A stretch of 64,000 nucleotides of DNA, taken from NCBI GenBank assembly GCA_964016885.1, contig OZ024745.1, forward strand, positions 133,486,001 through 133,550,000. Reading direction: 5' to 3'. Both the position numbers and the translations under genes were made by a program. Below are positions 1 through 13,543 of the stretch, in pieces (within the stretch, counting starts at the first letter, position 1; each line of letters starts with the position of its first letter). The stretch comes from Eledone cirrhosa. Taxonomy: Eukaryota. The notes below the pieces were generated by a model. That model had not been told where the DNA came from. It saw nothing but the letters and a program-made list of their open reading frames with translations, and did no database searches.

Positions 1-277
1 TAATACTCAAAATTCGATTAGATGAATTTTAATAATACATCGAAACCGGTAATGCTTTATATACTTTATATACATTATAAACCTCTTTTTTTTAAAGAAT
101 TGTCCCTCTCATTTTTTCAATGATGTCACTTTGACGAATCAAAGAAAGGATAAATAAGAAAAGCAGACCCTTAAATATACTTTCAGCGCTATTTCAACTT
201 CATCTTTTCCCTATATCCACTGTTTTGTAAAGAACGTTACTTGACTTTTCTAATATATACAGTATATATATATATAC

Positions 278-1054
<777 letters not shown>

Positions 1055-1321
1055 TATATATATATACGTATATATAAATTAGTAGTTTAGGCACATATGT
1101 ACCTCTTCATTCTTCTATGCAAATATTACACTAAAAAGTGAACATTACTTATACAATGAAATGTTTTGTTATAAGTAGATACATTACATTTCGAGATATG
1201 AGCTTATGAAATAGTCTAAACCAATATAGATTTTATTAATTATAAAAATGAATATACGAAATTTATCTCAATTTCTCAGACAAATTTAATGAGGCAAATA
1301 TTTTGTTTGACAATGCGAGTC

Positions 1322-1383
<62 letters not shown>

Positions 1384-2384
1384 TGGGTGATATGGATAGC
1401 AATCATGGCCAAAATATGAATGAAAACTAAACAGGATATGTGTGTATATATATGTGTGTGTGTGTGTGTGTTCATGTGATTTTCTCTGTGCCTCTGTATT
1501 TATGTATGTATACATGTCTAAAATGTATGAAATTATCAATAAAATTCGTCTTCAATTATATATCTTAGTATTTATATTTCTACATTAAACCAATATGTCT
1601 ACAATTATTTTAAGATCTTTTCCTATGTATAACACACTTCAATATATGTCTGTGTAAGTTTTAAGCGTGTATTATGAATCTTTTGATGTTTCACTCTATT
1701 GCTACACAGTTATATGATAGTAGCATAAGCTTAAACGAACTGGCGATGTTTCTTTAATAGATCTGTGTTCTCTGCACAGGTTTGCTTGATATGTTTACAT
1801 TTATATGTTTACATTTCATTTAGCGTTGTCTTATACTAATGCTGTCCAATTGAAACAGGTTTTACCTAAAACAAGGAGTAATTACAACTAGATAATATGG
1901 TCATCGTGAATATCCAAGAGGTAAAAGATGCAATTAATTCCTGTCTCCCACCCCATAGAATACAAATGCCTAGAAAATAACACTTCAATATATCCTTTAC
2001 AAACTTTCAATTTACTATACGTCGCTAACAGTTAACATCCCTAAAATTCACTTGCACAATCACAAAAGGTCTTTCACCAAAGCCACTTAAATGACTCGCA
2101 AAGAAAGAATATAGATTTAACAGAGATACCGTCTATAGAAACGGATTTATGTTGGGTGATCTCTGTCTGGTTCACGGAGGAGCACCACACCATTCATTAC
2201 ACCACCCCAATTTTAAATAATAGTTTAGATATCTCTTCAAATCTCGCCTATATACCATATTTCATCTAACAAGTTACAAAGCCGCCCATAGAAATATTGT
2301 TCTAAATACCGGATGTCATAAACCACGTGACATTTTCATTGCCGTCATTAGAAACCATCTGCTCCTTACTGTCTAATACACACA

Positions 2385-2674
<290 letters not shown>

Positions 2675-2938
2675 TGTTTCTTTTATTTGCCACCAGGGCA
2701 TCAAAAGTGGGACAAGTACAACGGGGGGAGTTTACATAAAAAGGCGTCCTCAATAAGGAGGAGGCAATAACAATATATAAAAGTAAAATAAAATATAACA
2801 AAAAATAAAATTTATAACAAAGTCCTCAATAGAGAGGAGGCGCCTTGGGGGGTCGCACACACCCCCGAAAAAAGTGTGCAACCCTTCTCCTCAGGAGCAC
2901 AGAGAAGGGGTGCTCCCTTGGTCTTTCATCTTCCTCAC

Positions 2939-5900
2939 CTATAGTCTGATGTAGAGTGAAGGCCCATTCACACGGGCCATTCTCGCCACTTTCACCCATC
3001 TTTCATAGAAACGGCTGGGGTGCAGCACCTCTCTCTCCATCCTGATCCTTCTTCCGAAATGATATCGGAAGAAACGGACCAGTTGTTGGCCAGAGAGAAA
3101 GGTGCCTGACCTCAGTCCTTTCAGACGCGTCCACCATACAACCTCTTTCGCCATGGCTATTACGCACAGAAACACCGCCTCTGCTTCATCTTTGAAGGGG
3201 GGAGGCGGCTTGATCATTACAATAGACTCGGTGGTCAACCGGATCGGTCCCACCCTTGACAGCAGTTGTTCGACATAGCCCCACAGATCGGCTACGCCCG
3301 AGCAGTGTACCAATGCGTGTGCAACGGTTTCCTCGTCGCACACGCATCTGGGACAGATCTTTTTGGCGGGGTCCCTACCCGGGCGCCCGTGTCTGTAGAG
3401 CCTTTCTCGAACGGGTAAAGCTCCTCGGTAGCACTGCCAGGCCAGGGACTTCTGGAAGTTGTCCATAGGTCCCGGGCTGAATGTCCTACCGAACAGGCCG
3501 GCCAGTTCGTCCTCCTCCATGTCTAGGGCTTCTCCGAGGGCGTCGTCGCACCTGCTGCGTACCAGCCCTCTATAGAATGTTGCGGTGGAGTCTCCACTGA
3601 TAACCGGATCCGCCTGCCAGAGGGCGGTGAGCGCCTGGGCACACTCAGTGTGGCAGGCGCCCAGTTTTCTCGGTCTTTGCTTGACCCAGGATTGCAGCTC
3701 GGTGAGTGAGACGAGTCTGGGAAAGGTTCGTCTCACAAACGAGGCCCACACCGGTTGTCCGGTGAGGAATACGTAGAGGTGCCGTAGCCTTAATGCGTGT
3801 TTACGCATCATTAGCCACGGCATCCCCAGCCCTCCTTTCGAAGGGTGTTGACAGCAGATGGATCTCCTCACCATAGGAGCCCGCCTCTCCCAAAGGAAAT
3901 GGAAGAGCGCGCGCTCCATCTTAGTGAGGGTTTCCCTTGGGCAGGGCACTACGGTCAGGCGGTAGTAGATGACGGACGCTATGTAGGTGTTCGCCACCTC
4001 CGCCCGACCTTTCAGGGATAGTTTGCAACTGGCCCACTTCTGGGTCAGTGCAAACACCCTGTTCGTAACCTCCGCCCAGTTTTTCTCCACCTGGAGGTCC
4101 GGTCCGAACCAGACCCCGAGCAACTTCACCGGGCCCTCCGTCCAGCATCCGACGACGCCATCGGAGGGCATCGGTCTGCCCCTCCACGTGCCGAGTTGCA
4201 AACCGATCGACTTGTCCCGGTTCAGCTTAGCCCCTGTGAACTTTTCGTACTCCTCCAGTAAGGTGCCGACCGCCTCGATTTCGGAGGCCGTCGACACCAT
4301 TACTGTCACGTCATCGGCGTAGGCTGACACCGCTTTCCGCAATCCCGGTTCCAAAGGGATGCCCTGCAACAACTCCAACTTCTGCAGTAGTGGCTCTAGA
4401 GTCAACACATACAGAAGGGAGGAGAGAGGGCACCCTTGTCGGATGGACCGCGCGATTTTGAACGGCTCCGAGAGGTAGCCGTTCACCTTGACCCTAGAGC
4501 AGATGCGGCTGCTGTGCATAGCAGTGATCCAGCCCCTGAAAACGGGTCCGAAGCCTGCCGCCGCTAGCACCGCATCCAGGTAACCATGGTCGACCCTATC
4601 GAACGCCTTAGATTGATCCAAGTTGATCAGAGCCCCACCAAAGCCGGGTTCGTTCCCAACCCTCTCTATGATGTATCGCATGAGGTGGAGGTTGTCATGG
4701 ATGGACCTGGACGGAATAGCGCATGTCTGCGCATCTCCCACCAGGTTGCCCACGACAAGCGCCAACCTCTTTGCTAGCACCTTGGCCAAAATCTGTAACT
4801 CTGAATTTAGCAGAGTTATGGGCCTGAAGTTACTTATTTCGTCCCCCTTGTTCTCGTCCTTCCTCACTAGCGTGACTACGCCCTTGGTCACAGTACAGGG
4901 AATTCTCCCGTTCTGTTGCCAGTTGCAGTAGACCGCCTCGAGGAGATCGGGGAACAAGTCCGGCATAGCTAGATATAATTCGTAAGGAAGACCATCGAGA
5001 CCCGGGGATTTGCGTTTGCCGCATTGGCTCAGCACGTCCTCTATCTCAGCGGCCGAAATCGGCTCCTCGCAGGACTTCGCCTCCCTGTCCGAGAGGCGCG
5101 GCAGGCCGTCGAGGTATGGACCGAAGTCCACGTTCCCAACCGGCTCCCCGCCCCTCCCGAACAGTCGGGCAAAGTGCCTTTGAAAGGCCTCACACATCTG
5201 CTTAGGCTCAAGAATCGCCCGTCCATCCAGGTCTCGCAAAGACCGGATGGTGGATTTAGTTCCACTGTTGGCCTCTGTCACGCGGGCCCAGCTAACAGCT
5301 TTGGTCCCCTCGTTCCCTAGAGCACGTATTTTACTTCGGACAACGCAGCCTTCGTGCTTCGCGTCGAAAAACTGGCTCAAAGCCGTTCTCGACGCTAGCA
5401 CTCTTGCCACGTCGCCGCTTCTAATTGCCTCTTCTACTCTATCTATTAGCTCCCTTTCCTTCCTATTCCTATCCGCAGCTAGAACCTTACTAAATTCTAT
5501 CGAGACTACTCTAATCTCTCTCTTTAGAGATAACCACCACCTGCTGTTGACGATCGCTCCAGTCAACCGTTCCTTAACTAACGTACTAATCCGATTCCTG
5601 TAGGCTCTACTTGCCGGCAAGGACAAGTTGAGCTTCCAGTAACCGGGGCCCTGTCTATGAGTTCTGTCAAGGTTGACCATGCAGGTCACTAATTTGTGGT
5701 CTGAATAGCCAACCATGCGCATTTTTGGACAACTTAAAAAGTCCTTATCCTTAATTCTAACTAAGAACCTATCTAGGTACGACCTAGATGATCCGCTACG
5801 ATTTGCCCAAGTCCAGGTTGGCGCAGTCGGAAAATCTAGTCGATATCTATCGGCCAGGTCAAATCGACCGATTAACCCTTTGAGGCTATTACACCCCTCT

Positions 5901-6376
5901 CTATCGGGGCAGGCCCCTACGTAGTCCCAGCGTGCATATAGGATACCATTCCAGTCCCCCACTAATAGCAAGGAGCGGGACGTCCCTAGAAAAGTCTCCA
6001 GACGATGGAAGAAGTCCGGCCGCATTGACCCGAAAGGGCCGTAGGCGGCTACCAACCTAAACGCTCCGCCTTTACCACTGCCAAGGTCCAGAACCACTAG
6101 TCGACCCTCCGGGTCCAAATGTACCATCTGTGTTGCGAGACCCAGATGTTTTTGCAGCAGAACGACAACTCCACCCCCACCTCCGGGCTGACAGAGAGAT
6201 GCGTGCATCTCAAAGTCATCAAAGGTGGGGGCCAGCTGTCGCACGTTGCTGATCCGGGCCTCGCAAATAACCATCACATCTATACGTTGTGACCTGAGGT
6301 CATTTAGAAGCATTGCTTGCTTCCAAGTTGAGCCCAGGCCACGCGCATTTAAACAGCCTACTCTTAGCATAGCCAT
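2939..6376 (-). CDS. Tx1/L1-type ORF2: APE endonuclease, reverse transcriptase and C-terminal zinc finger
   Basis: APE motifs LNARGL, GDWN, SYLDRF, SDHK. RT motifs KSPGLDGL, FRPITLLN, DQSKAFDRV, IRQGCPLS, AYADDVT. C-terminal CPRC..ETVAHALVHC. First ATG at 6376; the frame is open from 6400. Confidence 0.95.
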   Translation of the reverse strand: MAMLRVGCLNARGLGSTWKQAMLLNDLRSQRIDVMVICEARISNVRQLAPTFDDFEMHASLCQPGGGGGVVVLLQKHLGLATQMVHLDPEGRLVVLDLGSGKGGAFRLVAAYGPFGSMRPDFFHRLETFLGTSRSLLLVGDWNGILYARWDYVGACPDREGCNSLKGLIGRFDLADRYRLDFPTAPTWTWANRSGSSRSYLDRFLVRIKDKDFLSCPKMRMVGYSDHKLVTCMVNLDRTHRQGPGYWKLNLSLPASRAYRNRISTLVKERLTGAIVNSRWWLSLKREIRVVSIEFSKVLAADRNRKERELIDRVEEAIRSGDVARVLASRTALSQFFDAKHEGCVVRSKIRALGNEGTKAVSWARVTEANSGTKSTIRSLRDLDGRAILEPKQMCEAFQRHFARLFGRGGEPVGNVDFGPYLDGLPRLSDREAKSCEEPISAAEIEDVLSQCGKRKSPGLDGLPYELYLAMPDLFPDLLEAVYCNWQQNGRIPCTVTKGVVTLVRKDENKGDEISNFRPITLLNSELQILAKVLAKRLALVVGNLVGDAQTCAIPSRSIHDNLHLMRYIIERVGNEPGFGGALINLDQSKAFDRVDHGYLDAVLAAAGFGPVFRGWITAMHSSRICSRVKVNGYLSEPFKIARSIRQGCPLSSLLYVLTLEPLLQKLELLQGIPLEPGLRKAVSAYADDVTVMVSTASEIEAVGTLLEEYEKFTGAKLNRDKSIGLQLGTWRGRPMPSDGVVGCWTEGPVKLLGVWFGPDLQVEKNWAEVTNRVFALTQKWASCKLSLKGRAEVANTYIASVIYYRLTVVPCPRETLTKMERALFHFLWERRAPMVRRSICCQHPSKGGLGMPWLMMRKHALRLRHLYVFLTGQPVWASFVRRTFPRLVSLTELQSWVKQRPRKLGACHTECAQALTALWQADPVISGDSTATFYRGLVRSRCDDALGEALDMEEDELAGLFGRTFSPGPMDNFQKSLAWQCYRGALPVRERLYRHGRPGRDPAKKICPRCVCDEETVAHALVHCSGVADLWGYVEQLLSRVGPIRLTTESIVMIKPPPPFKDEAEAVFLCVIAMAKEVVWWTRLKGLRSGTFLSGQQLVRFFRYHFGRRIRMEREVLHPSRFYERWVKVARMARVNGPSLYIRL

Positions 6377-6400
6377 GTTGGTGGTGAAGAGAAAAGGCAC

Positions 6401-8194
6401 TTACCTCTCTGCGTCCCGTGTATCGGGCTGCACAATTTCCATTAGGGTGGGGGATGGGTTGTTGGGTGGGGTGGTGGTTTGTGGAAGTGTGGGGGCATCA
6501 GTGTGTTGTCTGGTTGGGAAGCTTGGAGTTGTGTGGGTGTTTGGGGAGGGGGTGGGATAGTTTTTTAGGAGGACGCGGTTAATGGGCCCGACGCAGGGGG
6601 GACCCACGTCCTCTTTAAAATTGTTTTTTAAAGTTTTATAGGTGTCCTGTGGGGCCTTAATCATTTTGAGGTGGGGGAAATCCCCTGCCTGGGTGAAGTT
6701 AGGCCCTTGTGTTTTTATTAGATTGTTGTTGTACACAATGTTTAACAGTTTTTTGTTTCTTGTATTTATGTATGTGTATGCATGTTTTTGTTTTTGTGTG
6801 GTGTTTTTTGTTTGCTGTTGTTGTGAGCTCTTTTGTGTTGGTGTCAGTGTTATGTTTTGGGGAGGGGTTTTTTTCATTTGTGTGTCTGAGGTGTGTTTTC
6901 TTTTTTTTCTTTTGATTGTGTGGAAGTGCTCCTCCTCGTCTGACGACGAACTAGGGTCATCTTCCGCGTTGGAGGGGAGGGGTATATTTTCGGGTTGTGT
7001 TTGCGGTACGGGTGTTTTGGAAATTGTTTTTGTTTTTTGAGTGGAGGGGATGGGTTGGACATTGTTTTGTTTTGGTTTGAGCTGTGGTGGTTGTTTTTGT
7101 AGTGGTAGTTGTGGTGATTGTGTTGGTTGTGCAGTTGTTGGTGGTGTAGGCAGGATTGGGGTTTTCTTATTAAGTTGGGGACAGACAGCCCTCAGGTGAC
7201 CTCTGGTTCCGCAGAGGTAACACGAGGGCCGTCTACCCTCAACGGTAATGTTGATGAAGGTTAGATCATCCAGTATGACGCGTTCAGGGATCTGGGCGAT
7301 CCTTTCGGGCCTCATTTGAACTACAAGTTCGAGGCTCGTTCCACTGAACGCGTCACCCGATGCCTTTCCCATGGACACCAGCATGTCATCCTCCAGGTCC
7401 AGAAAACCTGTCAAAACCCACCATATGTCCATAATCGGCAGGATGGTGTGGATTTTTATTTTTTGTGTTCTTCTACCCATGTACGTAGGGTAGAAGGTGT
7501 ATGCGGTGGATGTGATTGGTTTGATGGACAGTTTCACTGCTGTGTCCCTGTCCTTCATGAGAATGGATAGACTCCCGTAGAGTCTATCCTTCTGAATGAA
7601 GGTGATGTCCTTCATGACGTCTTTTAAAACCAGCTCTATCTCGCTCTGTGATGGTTGAGCTGGTTTTTTACTTTTGTTCGAGATTGTCCTAAACATGACC
7701 GTGTTTAGGAGTCTCTGGCTTTTTAGTTCCGGGGGGGAATGGATTGTGAATGAACCATTTTCCCCGTACACTATATATTTTTTCGCATCCGCCAGTAGCT
7801 CCTTCGCTTTTGTTATATCTACTGGCAGATAGTCGAGGGTTTTCCTTGTCGTCTCGGCGAAGGAGACATTTTGTTTGTTTGTGTTGTTGTTGTCGTTGGT
7901 GGTGTTGTTGTTATCATTGTTGTTGTTGTCACCGTTATTGGTCTTGTTGTTGTTGTTATTGTTATTGTTATTGGTGTTGTTTTCGTCCGTCGCATTGTTG
8001 TTGTTGTTGCTGTTGCTGCTGGTTCTTTGGGTTGTTGCCATGGCAACGTCAAGTTGTCGGTTAACAGGTGGAGAGAATTCTTCCTCTGGCTGACCTTTCT
8101 TCTTGACCTCTGCTACTGTGACAGTGGCAGGGGGAAGTTGTAAGTTCATCTTCCCCTTTCCTCCTTCGAATTTTGGTGAAGAAGCTTCGGCCAT
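6401..8194 (-). CDS. Tx1 ORF1 (gag-like nucleic-acid-binding protein with a CCHC zinc knuckle)
   Basis: 597-aa ORF immediately upstream of ORF2, with CYLCGTRGHLRAVC, a poly-Asn N-terminal region and a P/Q/T/K-rich C-terminal region. Confidence 0.88.
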   Translation of the reverse strand: MAEASSPKFEGGKGKMNLQLPPATVTVAEVKKKGQPEEEFSPPVNRQLDVAMATTQRTSSNSNNNNNATDENNTNNNNNNNNNKTNNGDNNNNDNNNTTNDNNNTNKQNVSFAETTRKTLDYLPVDITKAKELLADAKKYIVYGENGSFTIHSPPELKSQRLLNTVMFRTISNKSKKPAQPSQSEIELVLKDVMKDITFIQKDRLYGSLSILMKDRDTAVKLSIKPITSTAYTFYPTYMGRRTQKIKIHTILPIMDIWWVLTGFLDLEDDMLVSMGKASGDAFSGTSLELVVQMRPERIAQIPERVILDDLTFINITVEGRRPSCYLCGTRGHLRAVCPQLNKKTPILPTPPTTAQPTQSPQLPLQKQPPQLKPKQNNVQPIPSTQKTKTISKTPVPQTQPENIPLPSNAEDDPSSSSDEEEHFHTIKRKKRKHTSDTQMKKTPPQNITLTPTQKSSQQQQTKNTTQKQKHAYTYINTRNKKLLNIVYNNNLIKTQGPNFTQAGDFPHLKMIKAPQDTYKTLKNNFKEDVGPPCVGPINRVLLKNYPTPSPNTHTTPSFPTRQHTDAPTLPQTTTPPNNPSPTLMEIVQPDTRDAER

Positions 8195-8689
8195 TTAAAA
8201 AAAATATTGACTCTTCAACAAGAAAAAACTTTTTTTTTTGTTTAACTATTTCGCTTAAAGGCGTAGAATATTTTGAGAGACTGACCAGATCAAAGTTTGA
8301 CCTGGCAGTCCCTCTACAAAATGGTACAAAAATTAAAGTTATCAGACAAGAATTTCTATAGAAATTTAAACAGAACTTACTCAGCAAGTTATACGCGTAT
8401 GTCCATCCCAGAGATAGATAGACAGTGAGTTATAGGCTTTGTTGATAAGTATGATAAGTATTCAACAGAGTTATGGTTCATATTAAGTTGACCACATATG
8501 TTCTATTTTTTGGGTATGTCACTATTTTATGCGTCAAATATTGTATTTTATCTGGTGAAATCATACTATAAATTAGTATCCTTGAAATATATATAACGAA
8601 ATAAATTATGATGCTATAGTGATATATTTTCCAGCCAGTTTGTTGAAAGGTGAGTGAGAGGGGCAATAATTTCCCGTGTAAATGAGCCT

Positions 8690-8965
8690 ACCCTAAGCGT
8701 GTACCTGTAGCATCGTGGGAGCAAAACTGTAAGAGGGAACTTGTCTTAGAGGTCAGGGCAACCGTGGCTCTTTAGTGGGCTTTCTCCACGAGCGACCCTC
8801 GGAAGTCTTCCCCCAATTGGGGAATTTGTCATTGTTTTCTTCTTTTGTTACATGCTCCGTTTTTGTTTTTTACACGCAGAAATGCCCATTTGTACCGTCC
8901 TGTATTGTCCGGTGCTGTGCTTAATGTTATACTTTGTGTCAACCATTGTGGTAAATAAAGAAAGC
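8690..8965 (+). mobile_element. Probable Tx1-type 3'UTR remnant
   Basis: CCCCAATTGGGGAATTTGTCATTGTT resembles the 3'UTR at 28735-28760; ends AATAAAGAAAGC-(ATT)n. Confidence 0.45.
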
Positions 8966-8982
8966 ATTATTATCATTATTAT

Positions 8983-9135
8983 CGGTGGATTGGCAGTATC
9001 GATAGAGGGTCGGACGCCATGCTTTGACTCATAGAGTTACGACCCTTGCCATGCTGAGTTCAAATCCCGCCGAGGTTAACTTTGCCTTTCATCCTTACGG
9101 GGTCGATAAAATAAAGTACCAGTAATGTACTGGTA
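8983..9135 (+). mobile_element. tRNA-derived SINE (Deu/Nin-like core)
   Basis: A box TGGCAGTATCG, B box GAGTTCAAATCC, core GCCTTTCATCCTTACGGGGTCGATAAAATAAAGTACCAG. Confidence 0.85.
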
Positions 9136-9229
9136 CTTCTACGGGTTTATATTTATAATCTTCATCGAGCCCTATTCGAATTTTAGTCTTCATAATTATT
9201 ATTACTGTATATATATACATATATATATG

Positions 9230-9264
<35 letters not shown>

Positions 9265-9325
9265 CTGTGTGTGTGTGAGTGTGTGTGTGTGTGTGTGTGC
9301 CTGTGTGTCTGTGTGTGTGTGTGTG

Positions 9326-9356
<31 letters not shown>

Positions 9357-9876
9357 ATAAAACAAGGGTTGTTTTCTATCTTGACGTGGTGGATACCTAA
9401 ATGTATTGGTGAGTGAATAATAATAATATTATAATAATATTATAATAATACCATAATATTATTAATATCCGGTTTGTGTGCAAGCAAACAACCTGATGGA
9501 CGCCACATGTTAGATGACCAATCATCAACCATTTCTTCCAGCTGTACCTGAGAGAAATAAATTGACAATTGTTTCGTAATTATTACTCCTTATCGAGATT
9601 GTCTCTGCTAGCCATACAAACTGTTGTGAATACATAATATTCTTAAAGGTATACATCGGCTGATAATCCTCATTTGCAAACCGAGCGATTTTACAATCAG
9701 ATGGTCACTGTCGTCATTGAAATGTGTATCACAGCCTTATCAATAAAGCAATTTAACATCTACAACTATTTCGCATTTTTTTATTCTAAATATACTTCGT
9801 CATTCCTATTTGGAAGAAGAACGTTGAGTGCTTGATATGAATTGCATCAATATTTACCGTAAGTGCACACACACAC

Positions 9877-9915
<39 letters not shown>

Positions 9916-9919
9916 CGTG

Positions 9920-9973
<54 letters not shown>

Positions 9974-10028
9974 ATATACACATATATATACATAGCTCTA
10001 TACACATAAATAGTCATACATACATATG

Positions 10029-10108
<80 letters not shown>

Positions 10109-10479
10109 TGTGTGTGTGTGTGTGTAGTTTTCATCTAGAAACGTTGCTACATTTTCCATCCTATTTATCCAAGTCGAGACAATTGCTAATAGTTCCCAGA
10201 CGAAGCACTATCCAATGAAATAATGGCTGAACTCTTCTCAAATTTACTATTTTAACTCAGAAATCAAAGCAATTTTATTAGTTGATTTTGCTTGAATGTG
10301 TATTGATTTCTTCCAATATATCTTGCTTGTTGATCCCAAAACTGTCTTTTCTCAGAAAATTATTATTTCATATATTTATTTTTAATTTCAGTCGTTTTAT
10401 CTGTTTATCTATGTTCACTTTTTATTATTTTTGTATAATTAAATGCTCATATCTTTAGAGATTCTCGTGTGTAGATATG

Positions 10480-10968
10480 TCCACATACACACCATCACAT
10501 ATATACACCATCATATATACACCATCATATATACACCATCATATACACACCATCATATATACACCATCGTATATACACCATCACATATACACCATCATAT
10601 ACACACCATCATATATACACCATCATATACACACCATCATATACACACCATCATATATACACCATCATATATACTCCATCATATATACACCATCATATAT
10701 ACACCATCATATATACACCATCACATACACACCATCATATATACACCATCATATACACACCATCACATATACACCATCACATACACACCATCACATACAC
10801 ACCATCATATATACACACCATCATATATAAACCATCATATATATATACACCATCACATACCATCATATACACACCATCACACACCACCATACCACCATAT
10901 ACACACCACCACATACATCACCACATACACCATCACATACACACCATCACACACCACCGTACACACAC
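10480..10968. repeat. 14-bp minisatellite (ATATACACCATCAT)n
   Basis: Tandem units decaying to CACCATCACATA at the right end. Confidence 0.9.
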
Positions 10969-11083
10969 ATTGAGAGGCGGGTGTGTTAGGAAATTCAATG
11001 AAACGGAGAAACATTAAAACCTAATCACAGAGACAGACTGGTAGTATGTATTTCACATCACACACACGCACACGCACACACGC

Positions 11084-11120
<37 letters not shown>

Positions 11121-11254
11121 ATGTGTGTGTGTGTATGTGTTGTGTGCCTGTTACTATTCGTAGTTTGTGTGTATATATCTCTACAGACATGGCATTCCCA
11201 CTGTCAGCGTGGCTCAATTACTTACTTTATATATATGTATATATATATATATAA

Positions 11255-11390
11255 GTTTATCCGGGTTCAATAGGGGGTAACCATAGTAAGTAAGGTACTC
11301 AATACAAAGCAAAGTATAAATATTTAATATATGATTTCTCCCGAATGAAACGGTTCTAGCAGTTCTAGTCCTGTAGAAGCATTTCTATAT

Positions 11391-11395
<5 letters not shown>
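11255..11395. mobile_element. Family E pLTR fragment with an internal inversion and a partial hammerhead
   Basis: 11255-11330 is the reverse complement of the family E tail (18350-18422), followed by ATGATTTCTCCCGAATGAAAC...CTGTAGAAGC in the plus sense. Confidence 0.7.
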
Positions 11396-11462
<67 letters not shown>

Positions 11463-11465
<3 letters not shown>

Positions 11466-11519
11466 TAATCGCTGACAATTGTTTCTTCCAAACTTTAGTT
11501 TGGTGTCATCGGAGCATTA
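11463..11519 (-). ncRNA. Minimal hammerhead ribozyme (family B), inverted copy
   Basis: Reverse complement of 13490-13543. Confidence 0.7.
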
Positions 11520-12287
11520 GCCCTAGAAAAAAACTTCCCATCTGGCCACAAATACCATAATTTTATAAATAAAAACACCATTAAAATCTCTTACTCTACC
11601 ACACCTAACATCGCATACCATATAGCTAGTAGTAATAAAAAGAACATTAATAATTATTTCCAACTAATTAAAACACACCAGGAGGTAAACCTACAGAACA
11701 AGATAATACCTACAAACCCTAGTAGCAATAGTAATAATAGTAGTAACACTAATGAAATCAATAACAATAGGAACGACAACCATCATTACCCTAATGCTAT
11801 CCATAGCAACTAGATTTCTTCACAACATAATAACCGGCAAGATAACATCCAAAATAAATGTAACTGTAGATCAAATAGAACTTGCCCATTAGGTAATAAT
11901 TGCTTAATCAAAGACATCATTTACTCCTGCACGGTCAACACAAACAACTCTTCTAAAACATATATTGGCTCTACTTTGAACTGCTTCAATACGAGATACA
12001 ACTCGCACCTCCACTCTTTCAAAAAACACAATCTAGCCAACTCCACTGCACTATCTAGCTACATACACTCGCTGAAAACTAGGAATAGACCATATACACT
12101 TCAATGGGAAGTAGTAGGTAGGGCTTCATCGTATAAACCAGCTAATAAAGTTTGTAACCTCTGTCTTCTAGAGAGCCGTACTATAATCTTTTCGAAACTA
12201 AACCTCCTAAATAAAAAGTCAGAGATATTTTCCTCGTGCCAGCACTACTACCGACACTCATTCCATAGCTTTAAACATAGCCGCTAG
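11516..12287 (+). pseudogene. Penelope C-terminal linker and GIY-YIG endonuclease remnant
   Basis: KNTIKISYSTTPN, CNCRSNRTCPLGNNCL, IIYSC..YIGST, CNLCLLE, LLNKKSE. In-frame TAG at 11811. Confidence 0.85.
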
Positions 12288-13489
12288 TATATAACAATGT
12301 CAGATTTGAATTCCTCACCACCATTAACACTTCACCTTTAAGACTTTTCGTCCCCCACAACATCACACTCTTCGATCTGCTCTTTCCTCTACACAAATCC
12401 TATTTATCTCAAACATTATACTCTACAATAACTATTAGAAATAAACATATAATCACCACATTTTAATATAAATACATTAGATTACTTATAATATATACAG
12501 TAATTGATATATAATATGTATAGACATTAAATGTAATATGTGACAATGAATTATATATACATTTATAATTAAATGTATAAATTAATAACATTGTATATAA
12601 AGGATTAAATTATTAACATTAGGGATTTGTCTCATTTAACATATAAACAGCTATACATTATTCCATATCTTGCCTAGTATTGGGTAGATAACAATCTAAT
12701 GAAGCCTTTAATATATTATGAGAGAGTAGACTGTATTTAAAATTAAATATAAATATATAACATTATGTAAAAGGGATTCAATTGTGACACTATATAATGT
12801 CTATTAAAGCAAAGAATTTAAATAGTTAAATGAGCTAGTTACCTCCCCTTACGCATTAGCTCCCCTTAATTGTTCATCTCATATCCACTTCCGGATATTA
12901 AACCGTTGGAAAATCTCGCTGTAGAACAACTCTAATCTCTGAATACAATAAGACCAAATTACAATCCATTACTATCACCAACTAAAAACATTCAATACAA
13001 ACATTAACTAAAATATAACTTAACATATGTAATGGATGAGAATTCAATAAATTTCATATTCTCCACACATACAAATTTGAACTCTACAGAAACTATCATC
13101 GCATTACACCCTCCATAATACACTAACATATTCGCTTAAAGTGCTCGTATTTTATGTAATACCTTGCCATACAGTATTCATATATGCCTAATACTTTTGC
13201 TTCTTTCCTTCTCATATATATGACTAACGCATGTGCAATCTCTACACGCTTTCAATCTCTTTCTCAAAGCCTATTTAATTATTAGACTATTCTCTTGTAT
13301 TATCTGTCGCATGTATTCCACTGTGCTTTTAATTTTAATTTGAATTTGAATTATTGTACAATTCTCGTATAATATATGTCGCATCCATTACACCCTGTAA
13401 ATACTAAACTGTTGTTCACAACATCAATATATATGTATCTATATGATTGTTCAGTTGAATAGGAAGTTAATTATATGTACAAACATTGA

Positions 13490-13543
13490 TAATGCTCCGA
13501 TGACTCCAAACTAAAGTTTGGAAGAAACAATTGTCAGCGATTA
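13490..13543 (+). ncRNA. Minimal hammerhead ribozyme (family B)
   Basis: taatGCT-CCGATGA-c-TCCAAAC taaa GTTTGGA-a-GAAAC-AATT-GTC-AGCgatta; palindromic stem III ACAATTGT. Confidence 0.75.

Noticed and set aside
14-55. GATG..CATC-GAAACCGGTA hammerhead-like motif at the window start
   Set aside because: The CUGANGA side and stem I are not recognisable; at best a decayed half motif.
3256-8143. Overlapping and antisense ORFs within the Tx1 element
   Set aside because: Shadows of the GC-rich ORF1 and ORF2; no independent motifs.
10480-10968. Regular repeat array as CRISPR or His-rich protein
   Set aside because: Tandem 14-mer with no unique spacers, in eukaryotic context.
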